A stretch of 62,204 nt of DNA, filler included, from Pirum gemmata (lineage: Eukaryota), in assembly GCA_002812295.1 (NCBI GenBank). It is 21 parts of 21 records of this genome, joined end to end, with 100 filler letters (N's around TTAATTAATTAA, not from the genome) between each part and the next. Parts side by side here need not be neighbours in the genome. Positions count along the whole stretch, not along the records: positions 48,172 to 50,878 come from PDIN01004786.1; positions 50,979 to 53,711 come from PDIN01004787.1; positions 53,812 to 56,521 come from PDIN01004788.1; positions 56,622 to 59,342 come from PDIN01004789.1; positions 59,443 to 62,204 come from PDIN01004790.1; 16 more parts are not named here. One strand, 5' to 3'. Below the pieces are notes generated by a model, which was not told the origin of the DNA, searched no databases, and saw only the letters and a list, made by a program, of their open reading frames with translations. How positions within the stretch are numbered: the first letter of the stretch is position 1; each line of letters opens with the position of its first letter. Made by a program: the position numbers and the translations under genes. This document shows positions 48,463 through 61,029 of the stretch, piece after piece.

Positions 48463-48618
48463 AAATTTGAAAAAATGGAAAAGACATCAAAAGTTTTAAT
48501 GTATTTTTCAACACATCCAACGAACGAAAACCGGGCGAAACACTCGCAAAAATGGCTCGAGGACGCCAATAAAGAAAAAGAAAAGTATTGTCCAGCTAAA
48601 TCGTTTTCCTTTTTTTGA
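48463..48618 (+). CDS. Peptidase M48 (OMA1-like), last exon
   Basis: CAG acceptor, then KFEKMEKTSKVLMYFSTHPTNENRAKHSQKWLEDA...C. The STHPxxxxR motif is typical of the M48 C-terminus. Confidence 0.7.
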   Translation, partial: KFEKMEKTSKVLMYFSTHPTNENRAKHSQKWLEDANKEKEKYCPAKSFSFF

Positions 48619-48719
48619 GAATTTGCCTCCTCGATAGTTATATGTTCGAAAATCTTCAATTTTTTTGTTTTTTTTTTTAAACAGAACTCTCATTTCCAAT
48701 ATACAAATTCTATATATAA

Positions 48720-49900
48720 TATCGGACTTTTTTTGAACTTGTTTGGAACTTTTTTTTTAGTAATTTTTAGGAATTATAGAATTTTTAAAATTTCGAATAG
48801 AACTCGCTCATTTACGATATGAATTCTATATAATAATTTCGAACATTTTTTGAACATTTTTCAAATATTTTCGAACTTTTTTGGTAATTATGAAGTTTTT
48901 AAAAAATTTGAATATAGCGCTTTACTCCGAATATTTATTTGGTTGTTTATAATATTTAAATTGATACTTTTAAATAAATAAATATATAATAAAATATACC
49001 AAATTAAATGAAATGGATTTATATTATATTAATTTGGTATGATTTATTGTATATTTTATGATGACAAAACAACTGAAAAGCACTATAAAACTTGTTTTAT
49101 ATATAAGATCGAACATTTTTAAACGTTTTTCGAACTTTTTCGAACTTTTTTCGAACTTTATTTTAGTATTTTAGAGATTTTTGAAAATTCGAATAGAACT
49201 CGCTCATTTACGATATGAATCCTATATAATAATTTCGAACATTTTTCGAACATTTTTCAAATATTTTCGAACTTTTTTGGTAATTATGAAGTTTTTAAAA
49301 AATTTGAATAAAACTTGCTCTTTTACGATATATAAATTCTATATAATTATAATATCGAACATTTTTAAACGTTTTTCGAACTTTTTCGAACTTTTTTCGA
49401 ACTTTTTTTTAGTATTTTAGAGATTTTTGAAAATTCGAATAGAACTCGCTCATTTACGATATAAATTCGAACTTTTTTCGAACTTTTTTTGAATTTTTTT
49501 TGAACTTTTTTGAACTTTTTTTAGTAATTGTGAGGTGTTAAAATTTTTGAACAGAACTCGATCATTTTCGATATATAATTTTTTTATATATTATCCTTTA
49601 AACGTTTTTTTGAACTACTTTTTTCAAAAAAAAATTTTAGAAATTATGAGATTTTTTTTAAAAAAATCATCTAGAACTCGCTAATTTACGATATAAATTC
49701 TATATAATTTTCGAACTTTTTTCGAACTTTTTAGTATCAGATAATTATTAGATTTTTGAAAATGCGAATAGCACTCGCTAATTTACGATATAAATTTTAT
49801 ATATAATGTCGAACACGTTTCAAAAAAATTGGAATATCGAACTTTTTTCAACTTTTTTGAATTTATTCGAACTTTTTTAGTATTTATGAGTACTTTTAAA
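48720..49900. repeat. TTCGAA-rich degenerate satellite (~115-125-bp units)
   Basis: Recurring gaatagaactcgctcatttacgatat...ttcgaactttttt. Confidence 0.9.
48915..49085 (+). mobile_element. MITE family B inserted in the satellite, TA TSD (Tc1/mariner-type)
   Basis: Filled site gaaTA[...]TAaaactt versus the empty paralogous unit gaaTAaaactt at ~49305. Confidence 0.88.
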
Positions 49901-50979
49901 GATGTAATTTTTCGAAGTTTGCAATTTTTTCTCCAGATTCACTGCATTCGAGTTTTTTACTCGAAAAATTCATAACTGCAACAAAATAAACCTGAGAAAC
50001 ATGCCATTTTCGGGAAAGCTGTCTGCTTTTTTAGTTTATTCATTCTCTCTCTCTTTTTTCAGTTATTAATGTTGACAAATTCTGTTCCACGGTCGCTGTG
50101 GATATGTTGAAGATAGTGTTGGGGCAGAGGCAGGGGTGGTGTTGGTGTTGGTGTTGGTGTTGGTGTTGGTGTTGGTGTTGGTGTTGGTGTTGGTGTTGGT
50201 GTTGGCGCTAATGTGTTTCGGATAAGCGGGAATTGAGAAGAAAAAAAATCGGGCCTTACCTCTTTGCTCCACTAGCTATTCTAGTTACCATCTAGACTAC
50301 GAGTGTCTACTAGCTATCGTCTATTTCATTACAGTTGCCCTCTCAATCTTTAATGTGGTACTGTTTAAGTGTATAGTTGAACTTGTTTTTAAAATAAAAA
50401 CATTAAGTATAAAATACCAAATTAATTAAAACATGTCCATTTTAACCATAATAATAATTTGTTACATTTATTTCAATTTTTGAACTGGACAACACTATTG
50501 AAAACCACGATAGTAGACTAGGTCTAGCTAGACTATTGATTGAAGTTGACAATGAAGTAAACTAGACTACAGCACGTGCTACCAGTGTATGATTAGGATA
50601 TAATATGACCACTTGAATTCTAACCATCATTTTCAAGAAACCCTTGATTTTCTATTTTTTAAAATATATGATATGATAAATAAAAAAAACTATTTTTATA
50701 GAATCAAGTTATTTCACTTGAAACTTTTTTGATGTTATCGAGCCATCAAATTCAAATAAAAAAAAAGTAACTGTTTCGAGATGCAAGCCACAAACACGAT
50801 ATCATAGACTATCAATACAAATTGACCAGTCTACTACTATTGTGCTTTTCATTTATTTTGTCACTCCGAATATTTATTNNNNNNNNNNNNNNNNNNNNNN
50901 NNNNNNNNNNNNNNNNNNNNNNTTAATTAATTAANNNNNNNNNNNNNNNNNNNNNNNNNNNNNNNNNNNNNNNNNNNNG

Positions 50980-51011
<32 letters not shown>

Positions 51012-51046
51012 GGTTAAGTTGAATAATATTTACATGTTCTTTATAG

Positions 51047-51256
51047 AATCCTTGAAGTTAAGTGCCGGAACTTACGGACTGAAGATGAAATAGATTTTCT
51101 AGCCTTAGCCCAAAAGACTCCTGGGTTAGTTTAATTCTTAATTTTGTTTATATTAACCCTATCCTTTACCCTAACCCTAACCCTAACCGTAACCCCTAAC
51201 CCCTAACCCTAACCTTAACTCTAACCCTAACCCTAACCCTAACCCTAACCCTAACC

Positions 51257-51287
<31 letters not shown>

Positions 51288-53491
51288 TTAACTTTAACCT
51301 TAAACTAAACCTAATCTTGAACCTGCCCGATCTTGCATTTGTAGTTTATTATTGTAATTATTAATGTTTATTATTGTCAGTACTAGTGTTTTATTACTAT
51401 TATTATTAAAAGCAATGTTTGTTATTGTTAATTTTTATTTTTATTATTATTTATTATGGTAAATATTAATGTTTATTAATAGTATTAATGTTTATGAATA
51501 GTATTAATGTTTATGAATAGTATTAATGTTTATTCGTGTTTATTATTATTGATAGTAATGTTTGTTATTGTTAATTTTAATGTTTATTATTATTTATTAC
51601 TGTAAGTATTAATGTTTACTATTATTATTAGTATTAATGTTTATTGTTGTCAGTACTAGTGTTTTATTATTAATAATAGCAATTGTTTATTATTGTTAAT
51701 TTTAATGTTTATTATTATTATTATTATTTATTGTAAATATTAATGTTTATTTATTGTCAGTACTAGTGCTTTTTTATTATTAATAGTAATTGTTTATTAT
51801 TGTTAATTTTAATGTTATTATTTATTGTAAATATTAATGTTTATTAGTATTAATGTTTATTAGTGTTTTATTATTATTAAAAGTAATGTTTGTTATTGTT
51901 AATGTTTATTATTATTTATTATTATATATATTAATGCTTATTATCAGTATTAATTGTTTATTATTGTCAGTACTAGTGTTTTATTATTATTAATAGTAAT
52001 TGTTTATTTTTGTTAATTCAAATGTTTATTATTATTATTATTTATTGTAAATATTAATGTTTATTATTAGTATTATCGTTTATTAGTGTTTTATTATTAT
52101 TAATAACAATGTTTGTTATTGTTAATTTTAATGTTTATTATTATTTATTATTATATGTATTAATGTTTATTATTAGTGTTAATATTTATATTGTCAGTAT
52201 TAGTGTTTTATTATTAATAATAGCAACTGTTTATTGTTGTTATTTCAAATGTTTATTATTATTATTATCTATTGTAAATACTAATGTTTATTATTAGTAT
52301 TATTTTTTGTTAGTGTTTTATTATTATTAATAGCAATGTTTGTTATTGTTAATTTTAATGTGTATTATTATTTATTATTATAAATGTTAATGTTTATTAC
52401 TAGTATTAATATTTATTATTGTCAGTATTAGTGTTTTATTATTAATAATAACATTTGTTTATTATTGTTAACTTTAATGTTTATTATTATTATTTATTGA
52501 AAATATTAAAGTTTATTATTAGTATTAATGTTAATTGATGTTTTATTATTAATAATAGCAATGTTTGTTATTGTAAATTTTAATGTTTATTTTAAATATT
52601 AATGTTTATTACTATTTTATTATTATTATTAGCAATGTTTGTTATTTTTTATTTTAATGTTTATTATTATTTGTTATTACAAATATTAATGTTTATTATT
52701 AGTATTAATGTTTATTATTGTCAGTATTAGGGTTATATTATTATTAATAACATTTGTTTATTATTGTTAACGTTAATGTTTATTATTATTATTTATTGAA
52801 AATATTAATCTTTATTATTAGTGTTAATGTTAATTGGTGTTTTATTAATAATAATAGCAATGTTTGTTATTGTTCATTTTAATGTTTATTGTAAATATTA
52901 ATGTTTATTAGTATTTTATTATTATTATTAGCAATGTTTGTTATTGTTAATTTTAATGTTTATTATTATTTGTTATTATAAATATTAATGTTTATTATTG
53001 GTATTAATGTTTATTATTGCCAATGTTAGTGTTTTATTCTTATTATTAGCAATTGTTTATTATTTTTAATTTTTAATGTGCATTATTACTATTATTTATT
53101 GTAAATATTAATGTTTATTATTAGTAGTAATGTATTATTAATAATAGCAGCGTTTGCTATTACCTTATTATTATTAATAACAATTGTTTATTATTGTTAA
53201 CTTAATGTTTATTATTATTATTATTATTTATTATTATGTTAATGTTGGTGCTTGTTTAGAAGCTCTTGCTAAAAGTATTAATGTTTATTAGTGTTTTATT
53301 ATTAATAGCAATGTTTGTTATTGTTTTATTATTATTGATAGCAATTGTTTATTGTTAATTTTTAATGTTTATTATTATTGTTTATTATTATGTTAAGATT
53401 CGTTGGTGCTGATTTAGAAGCTCTTGCTAAAGAAGCAGCTGTATTTGCAATTAATAGGATTTTCAAAAACTTTGTGGGTTCTCAATCCCAG
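51047..53491 (+). CDS. NVL: NVL/Rix7-like AAA+ ATPase, two internal exons (51047-51124, 53398-53491) around a 2.27-kb intron
   Basis: Spliced ILEVKCRNLRTEDEIDFLALAQKTPG|FVGADLEALAKEAAVFAINRIF, an AAA lid. TPGFVGADL...AInRiF is typical of NVL/Rix7 D1. Confidence 0.75.
51340..53390. repeat. Degenerate AT-rich intronic minisatellite
   Basis: Recurring tattaatgtttattatt, gtcagtactagtg and agcaatgtttgttattgtt blocks. Confidence 0.85.
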
Positions 53492-54287
53492 GTATTAATT
53501 GTTAGTTTAGTTTGTAAATTTTTACTTCAGTTAATTTTTATTATTATTTGTTGTTATTATTATTGTTATTGTTATTGTTATTTGTTAATGTTATTGTTAT
53601 TGTTATTGTTATTGTTATTGTTATTGTTATTGTTATTGTTATTATTATGGTTATGGTTATGGTTATGGTTATGGCTATGGTTATGGCTATGGTTATGACT
53701 ATGGTTATGGTNNNNNNNNNNNNNNNNNNNNNNNNNNNNNNNNNNNNNNNNNNNNTTAATTAATTAANNNNNNNNNNNNNNNNNNNNNNNNNNNNNNNNN
53801 NNNNNNNNNNNAACAACAAACAACAAACAACAAACAACAAACAACAATATATAATATATTATATTATACGGTATAGTACAATCCTTACTATATTACATAT
53901 TTTTTATTTTTTTACTTTTATTTTTATTTATTTTTATTTTTTAAGAAAAGAAATCTGATACGCCGATATGCTTTTAATTATTTATATAAATAACAACTTT
54001 ATTTTTATTACTTCTTTCTTGATTTCATTTTGAATGTTTTATTTATAGATTGTAAATAAAGGCTTGTAAGTGGCTCATATATAATATAGTTATTCTAGAA
54101 ATCCACAAAACCAAAGACTGAACTTTTTTTTTTAATTTAAAAAAAAAATAATAATATTAATTGTACAATAAAAATAAAAGTTGAAATATTAAACGAAAAT
54201 AAAAAATGAAAAAATAATGAAAAAAAAAAGTATAAAAGAGACAGATATCGTACCAATAATCAAAATAAAAATAACAATACAATTAAT

Positions 54288-54322
<35 letters not shown>

Positions 54323-54436
54323 AACGGTAATAATAATAATAATAATAATAATATTAATAGTAATAGTAATTATTAACAATAACAGCAATTTTAAATTATT
54401 AACTTCAATTAACCAAACCTTCAAATCTTATTAATC

Positions 54437-55566
54437 ATGATGTTCTCTATCCTTTCCATTGCTACTTTATCTGCATCTGTTTATGCTGCTCCAAATGTTG
54501 GAACTAACCCTTGCACTAACGGACCAAGCTATTGGTGTGCAAGTAAAGCCAATGCCAAAAAATGTAACTTTGCTGTAAGTGATTGTGCCAAGTATCCAGA
54601 TACTCCTTTGGGAAAGCAGGAACAATATGGTTCAAATCCATGCACCGAAGGTCCAACTTTCTGGTGTTCTTCAGTAAAGAATGCAGCTAAATGCCACTTT
54701 GATGTTGCTGACTGTGCTAAACACCCAGATACTGTTCTAGGAAAAATGATTAATGAATTTCCACCTTTAGAACCTGGACCAGTAATTTTACCTAACAAAA
54801 ACCGTCGTGCNACAAAAACCGTCGTGCTGTAACTGTTGGTTCCAACCCATGTACCGAAGGTCCAGCTTTTTGGTGTGCATCGGAGGAAAATGCTGCTAAA
54901 TGCCACTTCGATTTTTCTAAATGCGCGCCAGTTTCCAGAAACACCCAGGGGGGGAAGCAACAACTTGGTTCTAACCCTTGCACTAACGGGCCAAGCTACT
55001 GGTGTGCAAGTAAAGCAAATGCCAAAAAATGTAACTTTGCTGTAAGTAATTGCGCCAAGTATCCAGATACTCCTTTGGGAAAGCAACAACAATATGGTTC
55101 AAATCCATGCACCGAAGGTCCAACTTTCTGGTGTTCTTCAGTAAAGAATGCAGCTAAATGCCACTTTGATGTTGCTGACTGTGCTAAACACCCAGATACT
55201 GTTCTAGGAAAAATGATTAATGAATTTCCACCTTTAGAACCTGGACCAGTAATTTTACCTAACAAAAACCGTCGTGCTGTAACTGTTGGTTCCAACCCAT
55301 GTACCGAAGGTCCAGCTTTTTGGTGTGCGTCAGAGGAAAATGCTGCTAAATGCCACTTCGATGTTTCTGGCTGTATAAAATTTCCTGAAACAAAATTAGG
55401 ACTTCAACAATCACTTGCAAAATGCATGACTGCTTGCCCAATGTATTACTTACCTTTTTGTGGAACAGATGGTAATGTTTATGGAAACGAATGTGAGATG
55501 AACGTTCAAAATTGCATGAATGATACTCATGTGAAAAAAGCTTACGATGGGATCTGTAAGAAATAA
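54437..55566 (+). CDS. Secreted protein with six saposin A-type repeats and a C-terminal Kazal domain. The break at N54811 is an assembly overlap
   Basis: Signal peptide, 6x NPCTxGPx(Y/F)WCxSxxNAxKC....C (SapA consensus) and Kazal CPMYYLPFCGTDGNVYGNECEMNVQNC...YDGIC. Removing the duplicated acaaaaaccgtcgtgc+N restores one frame. Confidence 0.9.
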
Positions 55567-56676
55567 GTTGTTACATTCATGATCAATACTTATACACCAA
55601 TATTAATTAATATAAGTTTTGTAAACTTATTTTAATTACTGCTTTGTAAGAAACAATGCTCTGCAGTCCAAATATTCAAGTTACTTTGTGAAGTTGAGTC
55701 AAAATAATTGAATTCCTTTTTCATAATTGGTTTGTGTGATTATAAAAGATTAAAATATTACTAGACAATGCTAAATAAACAAGGTTAATGGTATAAGTAG
55801 TAAATTAATTAAATATTAATAAAGTTTAGTATTTTATAATTAGAGAGTATTTTTAATTAGGTTTTGTGTATCTGATATTTCAACGTGATTTTTTCATTTA
55901 ATTAAATTTTGTAAAATTTCAAAAATATTTATACGCAATTTTTTCTCCAAAATTACATAATAAAATTTTTATTTTAATATAAATGTTTTATAAAATTATT
56001 ACAATACACAATTTTAATTATTAATATAATATTACAATACATTATAGAACTTCAATAATCACTTGACCAATGTTACCTTTTTGTGGAACTTAGAAACAAT
56101 GGTTTGTAGTCCTAATATTCAGTTACAGACCAATTATGAAAACAAAATTACGTTATTATGATTTAACTTCACAAAGTAACTGAATATTAGGACTACAAAC
56201 CATTGTTTCTGATTATATGAGATTAAAATATTACTAGACAATGAAAGATGTGTTTAAATTTTATTTTTTAATAATTAATTTAAAAAAAAAAAAATGTTTG
56301 GGTAAATTTCGTATTAATTTAGTATGCCATTAATTTTCTCCATACACTTAATTGTTAATCTTTACATTATTATTATGTTTCTATATTAATATTAATATTA
56401 TAGCTCCTTAACCCTAACCCTAACCCTAACCCAAACCCTAACCCTAACCAGTCCTAACCCATGTTTCTTTTTTTAAGTTCTACTAACGTTAAATTAACTT
56501 ATTTATAATAATAATAATATTNNNNNNNNNNNNNNNNNNNNNNNNNNNNNNNNNNNNNNNNNNNNTTAATTAATTAANNNNNNNNNNNNNNNNNNNNNNN
56601 NNNNNNNNNNNNNNNNNNNNNTATTATTATTATTATTATTAATCTTTACTATATTTTTTCTGATTTATAAATATAG

Positions 56677-58337
56677 ACGTTAGCTCCCACAAAGGTGTAG
56701 TATCTAAGGAAAAACCTTCACTTCTGGATCGAATTGGAAAACGTCGTATTATTATCGGTAGTGTTGCTATTATAATAATCGGCGTTGTACTTGGTACTAT
56801 TATTGGTTTAGTGGTTAGGGATTCTAAAAAGGAAGCAGCCAGCAGCCCTACGTTGAACAAAGACCCTGAGGGAAATGAAACTGATGTCAAAGTTTTATCT
56901 AATGGTGTTCCTGAAGCTGTTACTCAAAAAATCGAGCACTTAAAAGAAGAATTAGAAAAGTCTGGTTTAACTACTGATGAAAAAATTGAGCTTATAAAAG
57001 AGGAGTTAATTGAAGTTGAAAAAGAAATAAAAGGTATATAATTATAGACGTTCATATGAGTATTTACATTCATAAATAGGAATGCAAATAATCATATTAT
57101 TAATTAACATATAATATTATAGTTGTTTTATTTTATTTATTTTATTTATTTTTATTTATTTTTATCACTGATTTTTATTTATTTATTTATTCATTTATTC
57201 ATTTATTAATTTATTAATTTATTCATTTATTCATTTATTCATTTATTCATTTATTTTTATTTATTTATTTTATTATTATTGCTATTACTAATCATTATTA
57301 TTATTATTATTATATTTATTTTTATTTCTTTGTTTGATTTATTACTATTACTAATTATTATTATTATTGTTATTATTATTATTATTATTATTATTAAACA
57401 AATAAATATTGTACATATAGCCGTGTATCCTCAAATTGTCAAATTTAAAAATGGACTGACGTGGGCAAACCAAGCCTGGGGAACCTCAAAACACCATGAC
57501 CCATCTCCTGGCGCCAAAGTTATCGTTGTAGATATGTTTGGCGCCTCGGAATCATATATTAAAACTTTAAAAGATGATGGACATATTGTTGTTTGTTATA
57601 TTTCCGTTGGTACTATAGAAGATTGGCGTAAAGATTACAAAAACGACACGGACGGATGGAATAAAGTTCGAGGTAAAAAAATGGATGAATGGGATGATGA
57701 ATGGTGGTTAGATATAACTAAACTAAACATTATTAAACCACTAATGTCGCAACGTTTTCAAATTGCTAAGGATAAAGGTTGTATGGCTATTGAACCTGAT
57801 AATGTTGATTGTTATCAAAATGATTGTGTAAGTGGTAAATCGGAAAAAGATTTAAAATCTTATCAGTTAGAGTATAATATTTGGCAAACTAAAGAAGTGC
57901 ATCGTTTGGGAATGGGTATAGGATTGAAGAACTCGTTAGGTTTGATTCCTGAATTAGTTGATTATTATGATTTTGCCATGAACGAACAGTGTGTAAACTA
58001 TAATGAGTGTGCACATTTGAAACCTTTTGCTGATCAGGATAAAGCCATTTTTGGAACAGAGTACAAAGGATCTACTTCCAAAGCTTGTAGAGATGGAAGT
58101 AAGCATCAAATGATGTTGAAAAACAATAGAGGACAAGGTTGGGTTAGTTGTTTTAAAAAAGATGCGAAACTACCTGTTACTCAGTATTACACTTTAGCTA
58201 ATAGTGGTAAAACAATCATTAAGACTGATAATAGCAATATTCAAACTAATCCAGATGTTAAAGTTGTTGATGTTGATGTTGATGTTGAGAAAGTTGAGAA
58301 AATACAACCAAAACCTCACGTTCCTAATAAAGGAGGC

Positions 58338-58393
<56 letters not shown>

Positions 58394-59303
58394 CGATGAT
58401 GCAAATAAACAAAAAATTGTTGAAGAAATTAAAAAGGATGATAAAAAGAAAGATGACAAACCTAAAGTTGTAATTGAAAACGAACCTGATAATGTTACCA
58501 AAGTCACTCCTGATAGTTCTTCCAAAGAATCCAAACCCAAACACGTCCGCTTTCCTAACGGCATCACCTGGGCTAATCAAGCGTGGGGGAAAAGTAATGG
58601 AAACGATTCAAACAAGGGACAGAAGGTAGTTGTTGTTGATATGTTTGATAGTTCTAAAGATAAAATACAAACACTGAAAGACAATGGTCATATTGTTGTT
58701 TGTTATATTTCCGTTGGCACCATTGAAGATTGGCGCGATGATTACAAAAAGGATAAAAACGGATGGAATAAAATTCGAGGTAAAAAAATGGACGAATGGG
58801 CTCGTGAATGGTGGTTAGATATAACTAAACTAAGCAGTATAAAGCCATTGATGTCAAAACGTTTTCAAATTGCCAAAGATAAAGGTTGTATGGCTATTGA
58901 ACCTGATAATGTTGATTGTTATCAAAATGATTGTGTAAGTGGTAAATCAGAGTCTGAACTTAGACCTTATCAATTGAAATATAACATTTGGCAAACTGAA
59001 GAAGCTCACCGTATGGGTATGGGTATAGGATTGAAAAACTCCTTAGGGTTAATTGCGGATTTAGTTGATTATTACGATTTTGCAATGAATGAAGAATGTG
59101 TTAATTTTGGTGAGTGTGGCTATTTAACACCGTTTTATGAACAAGATAAAGCCATTTTTGGAACTGAATACGAGGGGTCGACTTCAAAAGCATGCCGTGA
59201 GGCTACGAAATACCATATGAAACTGAAAAATAATAGAGGTAAAGGTTGGGTTAGTTGTTTTAAAAAGGATTCAAAACTACCTCCAACACAATATATTTAT
59301 TAA
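56677..59303 (+). CDS. Membrane-anchored tandem GH114 (endo-alpha-1,4-polygalactosaminidase, Ega3-like). Exons 56677-57033 and 57421-59303
   Basis: TM segment RRIIIGSVAIIIIGVVLGTIIGLVV, then two domains each with VVCYISVGTIEDWR, EWWLDI, KGCMAIEPDNVD, GLKNSL, DFAMNE(Q/E)C and KAIFGTEY, separated by a poly-D linker. Splice phases match. Confidence 0.92.
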
Positions 59304-59534
59304 TTAATAATTAATTTTTTTGTACAAAAAAAAAAAAAAAAANNNNNNNNNNNNNNNNNNNNNNNNNNNNNNNNNNNNNNNNNNNNTTAATTAATTAANN
59401 NNNNNNNNNNNNNNNNNNNNNNNNNNNNNNNNNNNNNNNNNNTTATTATTGTTATTATTATTTTTGTTATTATTATTATTGTTATTATTATTAATTGATA
59501 AACTACATATCATATATGATTTTATAATAAATAG

Positions 59535-59677
59535 GCCCAAATACTATTGATATAGCCGCAAAAGCAGGCGCAAATTGGATTGTCGCTGGAAGTAGTGTTT
59601 TTAAAGCAGAGGATGCGAAAATACCAATAGAATTAATGAGAAAAAGTGTAGAAAAATATGGGAATGGAAAAGAGTAG
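59535..59677 (+). CDS. RPE: Ribulose-phosphate 3-epimerase, last exon
   Basis: AG acceptor, then (G)PNTIDIAAKAGANWIVAGSSVFKAED...*, the RPE C-terminal AGAnxiVAGSaVF motif. Confidence 0.9.
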
Positions 59678-60842
59678 TATTATTTTTAAAATGTTAATTT
59701 TTTAATTTTAAAAATTTAAAATAAAAATAATGAATGAACTATTTTAACAGGTGGAAAATAGTAGTATTTTAAGTTTTTTAATTCTAAAAATTTAAAATAA
59801 AAATAATTAATGAGATCTTTTGACAGGTAGATAAATTTTAATTTTTTAATTTTAAAAATTTAAAATAAAAATAATTAATGAGCTAGTTTTACAGGAGGAA
59901 AATAGTAGTATTATAAGTAATAAATTTTAAGTTTTTAACTAGAAGAAGAGGATGCATAAATACCAATTGAGTTAATTAGAAAAAGTGTAGAAAATATGAG
60001 AATGAAAAAGAGTGGTATTAATTTTAAAATTTTAATTTTTTAATTTTTTTTTTAAAATTTAAAATAAAAATAATTAATTATTTGAACAGGTAGAAAATAG
60101 TAGTTTAAAATTTGTAATTTGTAATTTTTTTTGGAAAAAGAGGATGCGGAAATACCATTAGATTTTTAATAGAAAAATAATATGAGAATGGAAAAAAGTA
60201 ATATTAAAATTTAAAATTTTTTTAATTTTTTTAATTTTTTTATAAATAAAAAATAAATAAAATAAATAAAAAATAAAAATAAAAAAATAAAGAGTGGAAA
60301 TTAAATTTTAAACTTTTAATGTTTATTTTTGAGAGGTTCATGCAGAGTTTTAAAAAAAGTAACAGTAGTTTTAAAAAAGTTTTTAAAACTTTTAAAATGT
60401 TTATTTTGAGAGGTTCATGTAGATTTTTAAAAAAAAAAGTTTTTTTTTTTTTTTTATAATAAAATTATTATAAAATAAAAAAAAAAAAAAAAATGTATGG
60501 TGCAAACAATTTAAAAACGCCTAACTTTTGGATTTCATTAGAATTTTCATTTTTCGAACATAAGTAATATATTAGGTATGTAATAGATTTGAAAATTTCA
60601 AACATAAAAAAAAAGGATGGGACTTTAATTACCGGTAGTAAAAAAAGTTGGAAGTTTTTAGATTTTTTGCGCCATGTCATTTGCAATTATTATTATTAGA
60701 TAGGTTAGCGTTCCAATAATAGGTCAAGGGGTAGGTAGGTAGGTGGTATTTGACAGGAAATTTACGCCGAGGGGTAAGTGTTAGGGGTATTTGAAGCTGT
60801 ATTCGACCAGTAGACTAGTATTTAAACGTTTCCTAGAGAATA

Positions 60843-61029
60843 TCGTGCTTTTTATTTATCTTTTGTTGTCATAAAACATACAATAAATAGTACCAAATTA
60901 ATACAATATAAATCCATTTCATTTAATTTGGTATATTTTATTATATGTTTATTTATTTAAAAGTATCAATTTAAATATTATAAACAGCCAAATAAATATT
61001 TGGAGTGACAAAATAAATGAAAAGCACGA
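60843..61029 (-). mobile_element. Complete MITE family B (~187 bp)
   Basis: TA-TCGTGCTTTTTATTTAT ... ATAAATGAAAAGCACGA-TA, with the internal inverted repeat TACCAAATTAA...TTAATTTGGTA. Confidence 0.88.

Noticed and set aside
57279..57420. Hydrophobic N-terminus of the 674-aa ORF as a signal peptide
   Set aside because: It is (ATT)n intron sequence. The real exon starts after the AG at 57419-57420 and the true TM segment is in the upstream exon.
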